Part shown: positions 56,378 to 64,000 of the stretch, piece after piece
Layout of the letters: each line of letters opens with the position of its first letter
Position numbering within the stretch: the stretch's first letter is position 1
Assembly (NCBI GenBank): GCA_028068195.1
Contig: JAPTTX010000086.1
Location: forward strand, 5,407 to 69,406
DNA: 64,000 nt
Source: Gammaproteobacteria bacterium
GTDB taxonomy: Bacteria > Pseudomonadota > Gammaproteobacteria > Acidiferrobacterales > UBA6901
Direction: 5' to 3'
Program-made: the position numbers and the translations under genes
The notes under the pieces: generated by a model
The model's input: only the letters and a program-made list of their open reading frames with translations
Database searches by the model: none
What the model was told of the DNA's origin: nothing

Positions 56378-59300
56378 GTCCAGCGCTCGGGCACCGTCTG
56401 CGCATCCGCGCCATGGTGCACGTCGCCGGGGAGCCGATTCCGTTCTTCTGGCCGATGCGCGCCTTCATCCACAATAACCCGCTCTACGGCCTGGAACACT
56501 TGCCCTTCCCAGAGGCCCTACAGGAGGGCGAGCGCCTGTTCCATGCGCGCGGCTATCTGCCGCGCGCGTTGTATCAACGGTATCTAGCCCAGGGCACGGT
56601 CGATGCGAAATCACTCGCGGAACAGGTTGATCGCTTCCTGGCCAGCGAATTCACATGCGCAGGCATCGACCTGCACCGGCTGCTGATGACACTGCTCACC
56701 GAGACCACCAAGACAATCACGACGCACGCCACGCTGGCGGAAGGATCTGATATCCATGCCGAGTTGGCCGGCACGCCGCTGCCGGCCCCTGCCGTCGACG
56801 CCGTCGCGCTCGCCGCACGGGTCAAATCCGCGCTGCCGCCTGAATGTCCGGTCTACATCGGCGTCGACGAACTGTTCGGAACGAGCATCGGCGCGACGCT
56901 CGACGAACTGGTGATCAAGAGCTGTCTCGACTTCTTCGACGAAGGCCAGTCGGTATGGCAGATGCCGGGACGCGAACACGGCCTGTTCACCGCCTGGAGC
57001 GCGCTCGCGCGGCGCAACCTGCGGCTGTTCATCCGCGGCCTGCACATCCAGCGCATCCTGGCGCAGGACGACACGCCGGAAGGCATCATTAATTACGCGA
57101 TGAACGAGCTGCGCGTGCCCGAAGACGCCTGGGTGGACTATTTCACCAGTTCGCTGACCCGCCTGCACGGATGGGCGGGCTACATCCGCTGGCGTTCGGC
57201 CGCCAAGCATTACCACTGGAACCAGCGCTATCCGGCCGATCTGGTGGACTATCTGGCCATCCGCCTGGTGCTCGGGCTCGCGCTGCTGCGTGAACACGCC
57301 GCGCGCCTGAAGGTGCCCGGCGACGCCCAAGCGCTCGCGCGCTTCATAGACGAGCGGCCGGCGGAGGCCTATTTGCGCCGCGAATTCCATGGCGGGCACG
57401 TCCTGCCGGCGCTGGCGCACGCGGTCGAAGATGCAGTGGCGAGCGGACGGCAGGCGCGCATCGAGCTGCTGCTGCCCGAGTACATCGCGCGCAAGCGCGC
57501 GTACGAAGTACGGCGCCAGGCCGAGACCCTGCGCGATCTCGCCGCGCGCGCCGGACTCGCCACCGCGCTGTCGCGCCTGACGCCGGATGAACTCGGTCGC
57601 CTGCTCGCAACCCTCACCCGTTTCGAGCGTGCCGAGGGCCAGCTGTGGTTGAACGCGCAGGAGGCCCATTACCTGAACCGGCTGGCGGGCAGGCTGGATT
57701 TGAGCGCCCAGCCTCCGCGCGAGAAACGCCCGTTCGCGCAGATCCTGTTCTGCATCGACGTGCGCTCGGAACGCATACGCCGGCACCTGGAGCGCATCGG
57801 CGACTACCAGACCTTCGGCATCGCCGGCTTCTTCGGCATACCGGTCAGCTTCGTCGGCCTGGACAAGGGGAGCGAAACCCATCTCTGCCCGGTCGTCGTC
57901 ACACCCAAGAATCTGGTGCTTGAACTCCCCATCGCGCGCAATGCCGAGGACCAGGCGTTCGTGTCTGTGCTGGAGCACGTGTTCCATGACCTGAAGGGGT
58001 CGGTACTCTCGCCCTACGTTACCGTCGAGGCCATCGGCCTGTTGTTCGGGTTCGACATGTTCGGCAAGACGCTCACGCCACTCGCCTACAACCGCTGGCG
58101 CAGCCGGCTGCAGCCGGACAAACCGGCCAGCCGCCTGCTGCTCGACAAGCTCACGCGCGAGCAGGCCGACTCCATCATCCGCGCCCTGCAACGATCCCTG
58201 ATCGTCAAGGCGCTGGGCCGAGAACTAGGCATCGCGCGCGAGGCAATCACCGACGAGATGATCCGCGAACTGCGCGAAGCGGCGCTTGGCAATCAGGCGA
58301 CGGCAGCCGGCTTCGCGCAACACTTCAAACTGGGTACCGGGGCGGAAGCCGGCTTCATCGAACGTCTGCGCTCGGCGTACCGCATCAACCGGCACTACGC
58401 GCAGCTCCAGCTCGAACGCCTGGGTCGCATCGGCTTCACGCTCGACGAGCAGGTGAACTTCATCGCCCAGGCGCTGCGCTCGATCGGCCTGACCTCGGGC
58501 TTCTCGCGTTTCGTGCTGCTGGCCGGTCACGGCAGCATCACCGAGAACAATCCCTACGAATCCGCCCTCGACTGCGGCGCCTGCGGCGGCAACCACGGCA
58601 TAATCAGCGCCCGCGTGTTCTCGCTGATCGCGAACAAACCCGTTGTGCGCGAACGCCTGCGCGCGCAGGGTATCGACATCCCCAATGATGCCTGGTTCGT
58701 CCCGGCGTTACACAATACTACGACCGACGAGCTGCGGCTCTACGATCTCGATCTGCTGCCGGCGAGCCACCTTGTCTATATGGATCGTCTGAACAACGGC
58801 CTGCAGGCAGGTGCGCACCTGTGCGCGGCCGAGCGCATGCCGACACTGGATTGCAGCAACGGCCGCACCGACCCGCTGAGTGCCTACCGCTCCGCGCGGC
58901 GCAACGCCCTCGATTGGTCGCAGGTACGGCCCGAATGGGGTTTGTCGCGCAACGCCGCCTTCGTTATCGGCCGCCGCCACGTCACCCACGCGCTGGATCT
59001 TGAGGGCCGGGTATTCCTGCATTCCTACGATTACCTCTGCGACCGCAAGGGGCGTCTGCTGGAAAACATCCTGAGCGGTCCGCTGGTGGTCGGGCAGTGG
59101 ATCAACATGGAGCATTATTTTTCGGCGGTGGATAACGCGCACTACGGCAGCGGCAGCAAGGTCTACCACAATGTCGCCGGCCGCTTCGGCGTCATGACCG
59201 GAAACCTTTCCGACCTGCGCACTGGCCTGCCCGCGCAGACCGTGCTCAAGGACGGCATGCCCTTCCACGAGCCGCTGCGCCTGATCACGGTGATCGAAGC

Positions 59301-59493
59301 GCCGTTCGATCACGCCCAGCGCGCCATAGACAACGTCGCCAATGTTCGCAATCTGGTCCGCAACGGCTGGGTGCGCATGGCCATCACGGATCCAGTAACG
59401 CAAGTACTGCACATCTTTCAGGACGGCACGTGGATCACGCGCACCCTCGCGGCCACCGGCAGCCCTAAGGCAACTCAGGAGCTCACGACATGA
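56374..59493 (+). CDS. dabA: DabA (DUF2309) beta-carbonic-anhydrase-like subunit of the DAB DIC pump
   Basis: FFWPMRAFIHNNPLYGLEHLPF. The putative Zn ligands are C-x-D (FCIDVRSE, Cys 57751-57753, Asp 57757-57759), His (LAGHGS, 58528-58530) and Cys (LDCGACGG, 58573-58575). GTG 56374 is preceded by AGGAGG. Confidence 0.88.
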   Translation: MSPALGHRLRIRAMVHVAGEPIPFFWPMRAFIHNNPLYGLEHLPFPEALQEGERLFHARGYLPRALYQRYLAQGTVDAKSLAEQVDRFLASEFTCAGIDLHRLLMTLLTETTKTITTHATLAEGSDIHAELAGTPLPAPAVDAVALAARVKSALPPECPVYIGVDELFGTSIGATLDELVIKSCLDFFDEGQSVWQMPGREHGLFTAWSALARRNLRLFIRGLHIQRILAQDDTPEGIINYAMNELRVPEDAWVDYFTSSLTRLHGWAGYIRWRSAAKHYHWNQRYPADLVDYLAIRLVLGLALLREHAARLKVPGDAQALARFIDERPAEAYLRREFHGGHVLPALAHAVEDAVASGRQARIELLLPEYIARKRAYEVRRQAETLRDLAARAGLATALSRLTPDELGRLLATLTRFERAEGQLWLNAQEAHYLNRLAGRLDLSAQPPREKRPFAQILFCIDVRSERIRRHLERIGDYQTFGIAGFFGIPVSFVGLDKGSETHLCPVVVTPKNLVLELPIARNAEDQAFVSVLEHVFHDLKGSVLSPYVTVEAIGLLFGFDMFGKTLTPLAYNRWRSRLQPDKPASRLLLDKLTREQADSIIRALQRSLIVKALGRELGIAREAITDEMIRELREAALGNQATAAGFAQHFKLGTGAEAGFIERLRSAYRINRHYAQLQLERLGRIGFTLDEQVNFIAQALRSIGLTSGFSRFVLLAGHGSITENNPYESALDCGACGGNHGIISARVFSLIANKPVVRERLRAQGIDIPNDAWFVPALHNTTTDELRLYDLDLLPASHLVYMDRLNNGLQAGAHLCAAERMPTLDCSNGRTDPLSAYRSARRNALDWSQVRPEWGLSRNAAFVIGRRHVTHALDLEGRVFLHSYDYLCDRKGRLLENILSGPLVVGQWINMEHYFSAVDNAHYGSGSKVYHNVAGRFGVMTGNLSDLRTGLPAQTVLKDGMPFHEPLRLITVIEAPFDHAQRAIDNVANVRNLVRNGWVRMAITDPVTQVLHIFQDGTWITRTLAATGSPKATQELTT

Positions 59494-59825
59494 ACGACCT
59501 CAAACTCAGTCCGCTCAAGAAGCTCGAGATCATTCTCGAGGGTGCCCACCAGGAGTTCGCCACGGATCTGCTCGACCGTGCCGGCGTCACCGGCTACACC
59601 ATCGTGAACAGTCTATCCGGCAAGGGACAGCACGGCTTCCATGAAGGCCATCTGATGTTCAACGAGGACGCCGTGCTGATCATGATCATCGTGGCCGTGC
59701 CCGAAGACCTGGCGGAACCGATCCTCGAGGGCTTTTCACCTTTCTTCGACATGCACACCGGCGTGGTGTTCATATCGGACATCCGGGTGAGTCGTCCGGT
59801 CAAATTCCGCAGCCGCGAGGGATGA
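59490..59825 (+). CDS. PII-like signal protein associated with the DAB/carboxysome locus (CPII type)
   Basis: 111 aa: LKKLEIILEGAHQEFATDLLDRAGVTGYTIVNSLSGKGQHG...LIMIIVAVPEDLAEPILEG (ferredoxin-like PII fold pattern). ATGA overlap with dabA. Confidence 0.75.
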   Translation: MNDLKLSPLKKLEIILEGAHQEFATDLLDRAGVTGYTIVNSLSGKGQHGFHEGHLMFNEDAVLIMIIVAVPEDLAEPILEGFSPFFDMHTGVVFISDIRVSRPVKFRSREG

Positions 59826-60073
59826 CCCACACGGTGCGGCGCTGCGTGCGCAATCATGCGGTGGATCGGCGAGATCGCCATTTCCTAGTTCATGCATCGA
59901 CGGCGCCGTTATCATGGAGGGCAAACCCATGAAGGTTCGGCCATGTTCGATTGTCGAATCTTCTGCCGCGAACCGGTCACGACAAGCGGTGTGGCTAACC
60001 CGCAATGCCCATTCACAATGAGTGACATCCCCGCGGAATCGGCCTGAACAAGTAGTGGCCTGGGAGCAGGGAA

Positions 60074-60110
60074 CTATAGATGGAGCATGAATCTATAGAT
60101 AAATATCTAT
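60074..60110. promoter_or_regulatory. overlapping palindromes CTATAGAT-N9-ATCTATAGAT-AAAT-ATCTAT (candidate LysR/CbbR autoregulatory operator)
   Basis: Read directly from the sequence: three ATAGAT/ATCTAT half-sites in an AT-rich stretch immediately upstream of, and overlapping, the ORF-track ATG of cbbR. Confidence 0.5.
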
Positions 60111-60207
60111 GGATTTAATTTCTTCTTCTGATTTCCGAAATACCCCGGGCGCCCCTATAGTGAGTCTACTGGGTCAGCATTACACCCGACGCGATACAAA
60201 CAGCCCC

Positions 60208-61233
60208 GTGACGAAACAGAACCACAACGGTGCGCGCACCAGCCTCGCTGGTGCCCTCGCTCGCCATACAACGTTGCGCCAGTTACAGGTCTTCGAGGCT
60301 GTGGCGCGGCTCGGCAGTTTCACGCGCGCGGCCGAGGAACTGTATCTCGCGCAGCCGACTGTGTCGATGCAGCTCAAGAAGCTTGCCGATACCGTCGGCA
60401 TGCCGCTTTTCGATCAAACGGGTATCCGCATCCGTCTGACCGACACCGGCCGCGAGGTATACGCCGCCTGTCAGGAGGTGTTTCGCGCCATGGCCGATCT
60501 CGAAATGAAGGTCGCTGATCTAAAGGGGGTAAAGCGCGGCCGTCTGCGGCTCGGCGTCATCACCTCCGCCAAGTATCTCGCGCCGCACCTGATCGGGCAG
60601 TTCAGCCGCCAGCATCCTGGCATCGATTTTTCGCTCAAGGTCACGAATCGGGAGTACCTGCTGGAGCGCATCGCCAACCACGAGGACGACCTCTACATCC
60701 TCGGCCAACCGCCTTCCGGGCTCGATGTGGAGGCGCACCCGCTGGTGCCAAACCCGCTCGTGGTCATGGCGAGCCGCGACCATCCGCTCGCCGGCGCGCC
60801 GAACATTCCGCTCAAGCGCCTGCTGGAAGAGCCGTTCGTCCTGCGCGAATCCGGCTCCGGCACGCGCGACGCGGTATTCCGCCTCCTGGAGGAGCACGGC
60901 TTGCAGGCTCCTATGGTACGCATGGAGCTGTCCAGCAATGAGTCGATCAAACAGGCGATTGTCGCTGGGCTCGGCATCACCGTGCTGTCGCTGCACTCGC
61001 TCGTCCTGGAGGGCACCTCAGGGCCGATCGCCCTGCTAGACGTTCAGGGTTTCCCGATCCAGCGGCACTGGTACCTAGCACACTGGAAAGGCCACAAAAC
61101 TTCGTTGGTGGCCCGGGCCTTCCTCGATTTCGTCAAGCAAGAGGGACGGCATATCGCCGAGAACCTCGACCGGGAAATCGCCAAGGTCCGGCGCCAGCGA
61201 TCTTCCGGACCCGGAACGCGCAGCCGCCGATAA
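60208..61233 (+). CDS. cbbR: LysR-family regulator CbbR
   Basis: TLRQLQVFEAVARLGSFTRAAEELYLAQPTVSMQLKKLADTVGMPLFDQ. I prefer GTG 60208. The ORF-track ATG 60109 lies inside the operator palindrome and is followed by about 30 AT-rich codons atypical for this genome. Confidence 0.85.
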   Translation: MTKQNHNGARTSLAGALARHTTLRQLQVFEAVARLGSFTRAAEELYLAQPTVSMQLKKLADTVGMPLFDQTGIRIRLTDTGREVYAACQEVFRAMADLEMKVADLKGVKRGRLRLGVITSAKYLAPHLIGQFSRQHPGIDFSLKVTNREYLLERIANHEDDLYILGQPPSGLDVEAHPLVPNPLVVMASRDHPLAGAPNIPLKRLLEEPFVLRESGSGTRDAVFRLLEEHGLQAPMVRMELSSNESIKQAIVAGLGITVLSLHSLVLEGTSGPIALLDVQGFPIQRHWYLAHWKGHKTSLVARAFLDFVKQEGRHIAENLDREIAKVRRQRSSGPGTRSRR

Positions 61234-61361
61234 TCTTGGTGTCCCTGGCGATTTCTTAATCACGTAGCATAACCCGCCACACATCCGTAGACTTGTGTCG
61301 TCACGATCGATCGCTAACATCGGACCAATGTCAGCGCTGCTGTTTCTCCTCGTTCATGCCT

Positions 61362-61733
61362 TCACGCCTTGCCGCCTTTGACCGCCACCCGCTCAATCGC
61401 GGGATAGGGGTTCTCCGGCAGCGCCAGCAGCAGGGCGCGTTCCTTGCCGAAGGCCTCGCGCACGCTGAGTGTGGGATCCCCCGGAAGCCTGCGGTCGAGT
61501 GCCACGGTCTCACACCACGCATCGGCCTGGGTATTCAAGTCCTTGAGATCGCGGAAAGGGCGGGCGGCGAAGAAGGCATCGCGGATATAGCGGATCGCCC
61601 GTTCGACCCGTCCCTTCTCGTTGCCGCGGGCAATGGCGACCGGGCGCGGCTCGAAACGGTAATGGGCGGCGAGCGCCAGGAGCTCGGGGTTGAAGCGGAT
61701 GGCATCACCGGATCGCTCCAGAACGGCGGAGGC
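61362..61733 (-). pseudogene. C-terminal fragment of an IS21-family IstA transposase
   Basis: [73 protein letters not shown]. It is fused in frame to the IS3 fragment and truncated at both ends. Confidence 0.75.
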
Positions 61734-62081
61734 GAGCAGATCCTTCTCGCGCAAGATGCGGTAGAAGCTCGACTCCGAAGCGATATAGGAGCCTTCGTCC
61801 GCGAGCCTCGGCACGATCTGGGTAGGCGGCAATGAGGCAAAGCGCGGTTCACTGACGCACTGGAGCACGGCAGTGCGTTCTTCTGCCGTGAGCTTATTCG
61901 CAGGCTCACGACGGACTGCGCCGGGGCGGCGGTCACTGTGGAGTTCACCGCCTTCGGTCCAGCGCTCGAACGTGCGCAGGCTCAAGCCCAGCTCGGCGCA
62001 GGCCCTCCGCCTGCGCGCACCGGCGTTGACGGCCTCTTTGATCAACGTAACGGCTGCCTGACGACCTGGGGTGCTGATCAT
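61734..62081 (-). pseudogene. 5' part of IS3-family orfB (HTH plus start of the rve domain), truncated by the IS21 fragment
   Basis: [41 protein letters not shown]...[29 protein letters not shown]. Directly upstream, the orfA frame reads [10 protein letters not shown]-stop (62078-62110). Confidence 0.75.
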
Positions 62082-62208
62082 TCTTCCTCCTTGCCCCCCC
62101 AGATCGCCGCGGCTAATGGGATGGTCCGCCCCTCTTCTTCCGGCCTCGAAGGGCCCATACTGGTGGGGCTTGCAAGTACCCACCATTACTTGAAGGAGCG
62201 AACCATCC

Positions 62209-63252
62209 ATGACGATTAAAACACTCGGTATCGACATCGGCAAATCGACGTTCCATCTCTTTGGGCTGGATGAGCGTGGCCGGCCTGAACTGAAGCAGAA
62301 GCTCACCCGGGAGAAGTTGATGCGCTTCATCGCCAATCTTCCCGCTTGTGTGATCGGCATGGAATCCTGCCCGGGCTCACAACACCTCGCGCGGCGCTTT
62401 CTCGCCAGCGGCCATGACGTACGATTGATGGCCGCGCAGTTCGTCAAGCCGTATGTCAAATCCAACAAATCCGATTTCCTCGACGCCGAGGCGATCGCCG
62501 AGGCTGTGACTCGGCCCACCATGCGTTTTGTGCCGGTGAAGACCCTGGCACAAGGAGACCTCCAGGCGCTGCATCGGGTGCGCGAGGGGCTCATCGGGAG
62601 CCGCACCGTGATCGTCAATCAGATCCGCGCGTTCCTGCTCGAGCGCGGCATTGCCGTCGCCCAGGGCATCTCCCGGATCCGTGCCGCACTCCCGGGGTTC
62701 CTCGAGGATGCCGAGAACGACTTGACCACGCGCATGCGCGCGCTGCTCTTTGAGCTGTGCCAGGGACTCCGGGATCTCGACGAGCGCATCAAGCGCCTGA
62801 GCGTAGAGATCGAGCGCGAAGCGCACAACGACCCCGCCTGCCAGCGCCTCATGACGATCCCCGGCGTGGGGCCGATGAGCGCGACGGCACTCTTTGCCGC
62901 CATCGGCGACGTGCGAACCTTCCATTCGGGGCGGGAGCTCGCCGCCTTCCTCGGGCTCGTGCCCCGTCAGCACTCGACCGGGGGAAAGCCCAAGCTTCTT
63001 GGCATCTCCAAGCGCGGCAACACCTACGTGCGCACGCTCTTGATCCACGGGGCGCGCGCGGTGCTGCGCCATAGCGAGCGGCGCACCGATCGCCTGGGCA
63101 GGTGGGTGTGTGAGTTACGTGACCGCGCCCACGCCAACGTCGTGGCGTGCGCGCTCGCCAATAAGAATGCACGGATCGCCTGGGCGGTGTTGACCAAAGG
63201 CGTAACGTATCAGGCTTCGGCGTTGGCCGGGGAGGTCGCCGCCGCGGCCTGA
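62209..63252 (+). CDS. IS110-family DEDD transposase/recombinase
   Basis: [37 protein letters not shown] and the C-terminal [64 protein letters not shown]. Confidence 0.92.
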   Translation: MTIKTLGIDIGKSTFHLFGLDERGRPELKQKLTREKLMRFIANLPACVIGMESCPGSQHLARRFLASGHDVRLMAAQFVKPYVKSNKSDFLDAEAIAEAVTRPTMRFVPVKTLAQGDLQALHRVREGLIGSRTVIVNQIRAFLLERGIAVAQGISRIRAALPGFLEDAENDLTTRMRALLFELCQGLRDLDERIKRLSVEIEREAHNDPACQRLMTIPGVGPMSATALFAAIGDVRTFHSGRELAAFLGLVPRQHSTGGKPKLLGISKRGNTYVRTLLIHGARAVLRHSERRTDRLGRWVCELRDRAHANVVACALANKNARIAWAVLTKGVTYQASALAGEVAAAA

Positions 63253-63507
63253 CCCCGGGCAATTCTGGATTACCCGACTTTCCTGCGTTTGCGAGCGTTC
63301 AAGAGGAGATGGCGATAACCGTTTACCGGCAGATTCGAAACCTGAGAAAAAAGTGGACCGCTGTCTCGGTCCGGGCGGCTTTTGAGGACGACTCTGCGCG
63401 GATTCCCATCGGGGCCCGAAGGCGAATGCCTTCATTCACGAGGCCGGATACATTGGTGCGAACGGTATTGAGTCCTTCTCCAAGCGAACGCTTGCCGACA
63501 GGGGGCG
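63253..63507 (+). ncRNA. candidate bridge/seek RNA encoded in the right non-coding end of the IS110/IS1111-family element
   Basis: Established knowledge: this family encodes a guide ncRNA in a non-coding end. Seen here: the hairpin ggaccg-ctgtct-cggtcc (63355-63372) is flanked by AGAAAAAA (63345-63352, complementary to the right target flank ttttttct) and GCGGCT (63376-63381, identical to the left flank gcggct at 62108-62113). Confidence 0.35.
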
Positions 63508-63509
63508 GA

Positions 63510-63977
63510 CTATACATTTTTTCTTAAAGTCAGCAGCGCGGCCGTTTCGGCCAGCGCCTTTTCTTTACGATGCAGCTCGCGTTCGAGTTCCCTGATGCGC
63601 TTTTTCCCGATGTCGAGTGCGGCGCGGTGTTCCTGGGCCGAGACCATGCCGCCTCCCATGGCTTTCAGGGCCTCCGCCCGCCAGGTCTTAAGCTGTTCAA
63701 CGTATAAGCCTTTGCTTCGGCAGTATTCGGCGAGTTCCGCTTCGTTCATGGCCGATGTTTCGGCGATGACCGAGAGTTTCTGCGCGGCCGACCACTTGCC
63801 TGAGTGCTTGGTGCTGCCCACGGCGGTTTCGCCCTGGTTCCTGGCCTGTCTTCGCCAATCATACAGCGTCCAGGTGGAAACGCCGGTTTCCTGCGAAAGC
63901 TCCCGAATCGGCCGATCCGGCTGCGACAGCAACTTCCTCACCACCGACTCCCTGCGTTCTGCTGAGTACTGTGCCAC
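63510..63977 (-). CDS. IS3-family transposase OrfA (HTH), 3' end displaced by the IS110-family insertion
   Basis: MAQYSAERRESVVRKLL...IRELSQETGVSTWTLYDWRRQ, then leucine-zipper-like RIRELERELHRKEKALAETAALLTLRK. The A-rich slippery run AGAAAAAA lies at 63517-63524. Confidence 0.85.
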   Translation of the reverse strand: MAQYSAERRESVVRKLLSQPDRPIRELSQETGVSTWTLYDWRRQARNQGETAVGSTKHSGKWSAAQKLSVIAETSAMNEAELAEYCRSKGLYVEQLKTWRAEALKAMGGGMVSAQEHRAALDIGKKRIRELERELHRKEKALAETAALLTLRKNV

Positions 63978-64000
63978 GGTTTGACTCCCTTTCCGCCCCC

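Larger units (their letters stand above)
62117..63507 (+). mobile_element. IS110/IS1111-family insertion sequence (about 1.39 kb) inserted in the frameshift window of the IS3 element; ends within about 5 nt
   Basis: It separates the two halves of IS3 orfA (…LRKN at 63516-63527 and [10 protein letters not shown] at 62078-62110). Sub-terminal inverted repeats are atgGTCCGCCCCtc (62121-62134) and the reverse complement of gggggcggactat (63501-63513). The short left non-coding end (about 92 nt) and long right end (about 255 nt) fit the IS1111 layout. Confidence 0.75.

Noticed and set aside
56611-58191. 526-aa minus-strand ORF inside dabA
   Set aside because: It is antisense to DabA, which has conserved motifs and coupled starts. 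The ORF has no motifs of its own.
60109-60207. ATG 60109 as the cbbR start
   Set aside because: The codon sits inside the ATAGAT palindrome and is followed by about 33 AT-rich codons unlike the rest of the gene. GTG 60208 is preferred but unproven, because no strong SD was seen.
61362-62618. 418-aa minus-strand ORF treated as one gene
   Set aside because: It is a chimera. The first roughly 180 codons are antisense and upstream of the IS110 element, then comes an IS3 orfB N-terminus, then an IS21 IstA C-terminus.
1-64000. Search for CRISPR arrays, tRNA/rRNA genes and riboswitch-like leaders
   Set aside because: No regularly spaced short repeats, no tRNA-like cloverleaf segments and no rRNA-like sequence were noticed. 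This rests on visual inspection only, so small RNAs could have been missed.

Overview
High-GC proteobacterial chromosome segment, most likely from a denitrifying chemolithoautotroph. All calls come from reading the sequence and ORF track and from motif recall; no database search was run. The window is a mosaic of functional blocks separated by mobile-element debris. (1) 56-8106: an ATGA-coupled glutamine amidotransferase / pentaheme cytochrome c / flavoprotein disulfide reductase operon, a rhodanese-rich block (TVP38::rhodanese, ArsR::rhodanese, DUF2892, ECF sigma) and fdxA. (2) 8250-27781: a nitrogen-oxide block with nsrR, divergent DUF59-DUF2249-membrane genes, a frameshifted Tn5-like IS4 transposase, a TehA/SLAC1-family channel, narGHJI, narXL, quinol NO reductase and ytfE/dnrN. 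(3) 28395-30730: a transposon-end remnant split by a complete 1.9 kb group II intron. (4) 30731-39772: housekeeping and envelope genes (metallophosphoesterase, pldA, an OMP, sppA, purEK) with an IS remnant. (5) 39777-42662: uncharacterised genes, including a degenerate CsoS1-like BMC protein overlapping an aldolase-like::Dabb fusion that appears to lack its metal ligands. I consider this the most interesting unexplained module. (6) 43828-61233: a complete alpha-carboxysome CO2-concentrating locus. It holds cbbLS, csoS2, csoSCA, csoS4AB, two csoS1, a ferritin-like gene, acRAF, mcdAB and a LysR regulator. Divergent from it is a three-gene DAB-type DIC pump plus a PII-like gene, followed by cbbR. 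(7) 61362-64000: a nested IS graveyard, in which an IS3 element is interrupted by an IS110/IS1111-family element and truncated by an IS21 istA fragment. No rRNA, tRNA or CRISPR array was recognised.
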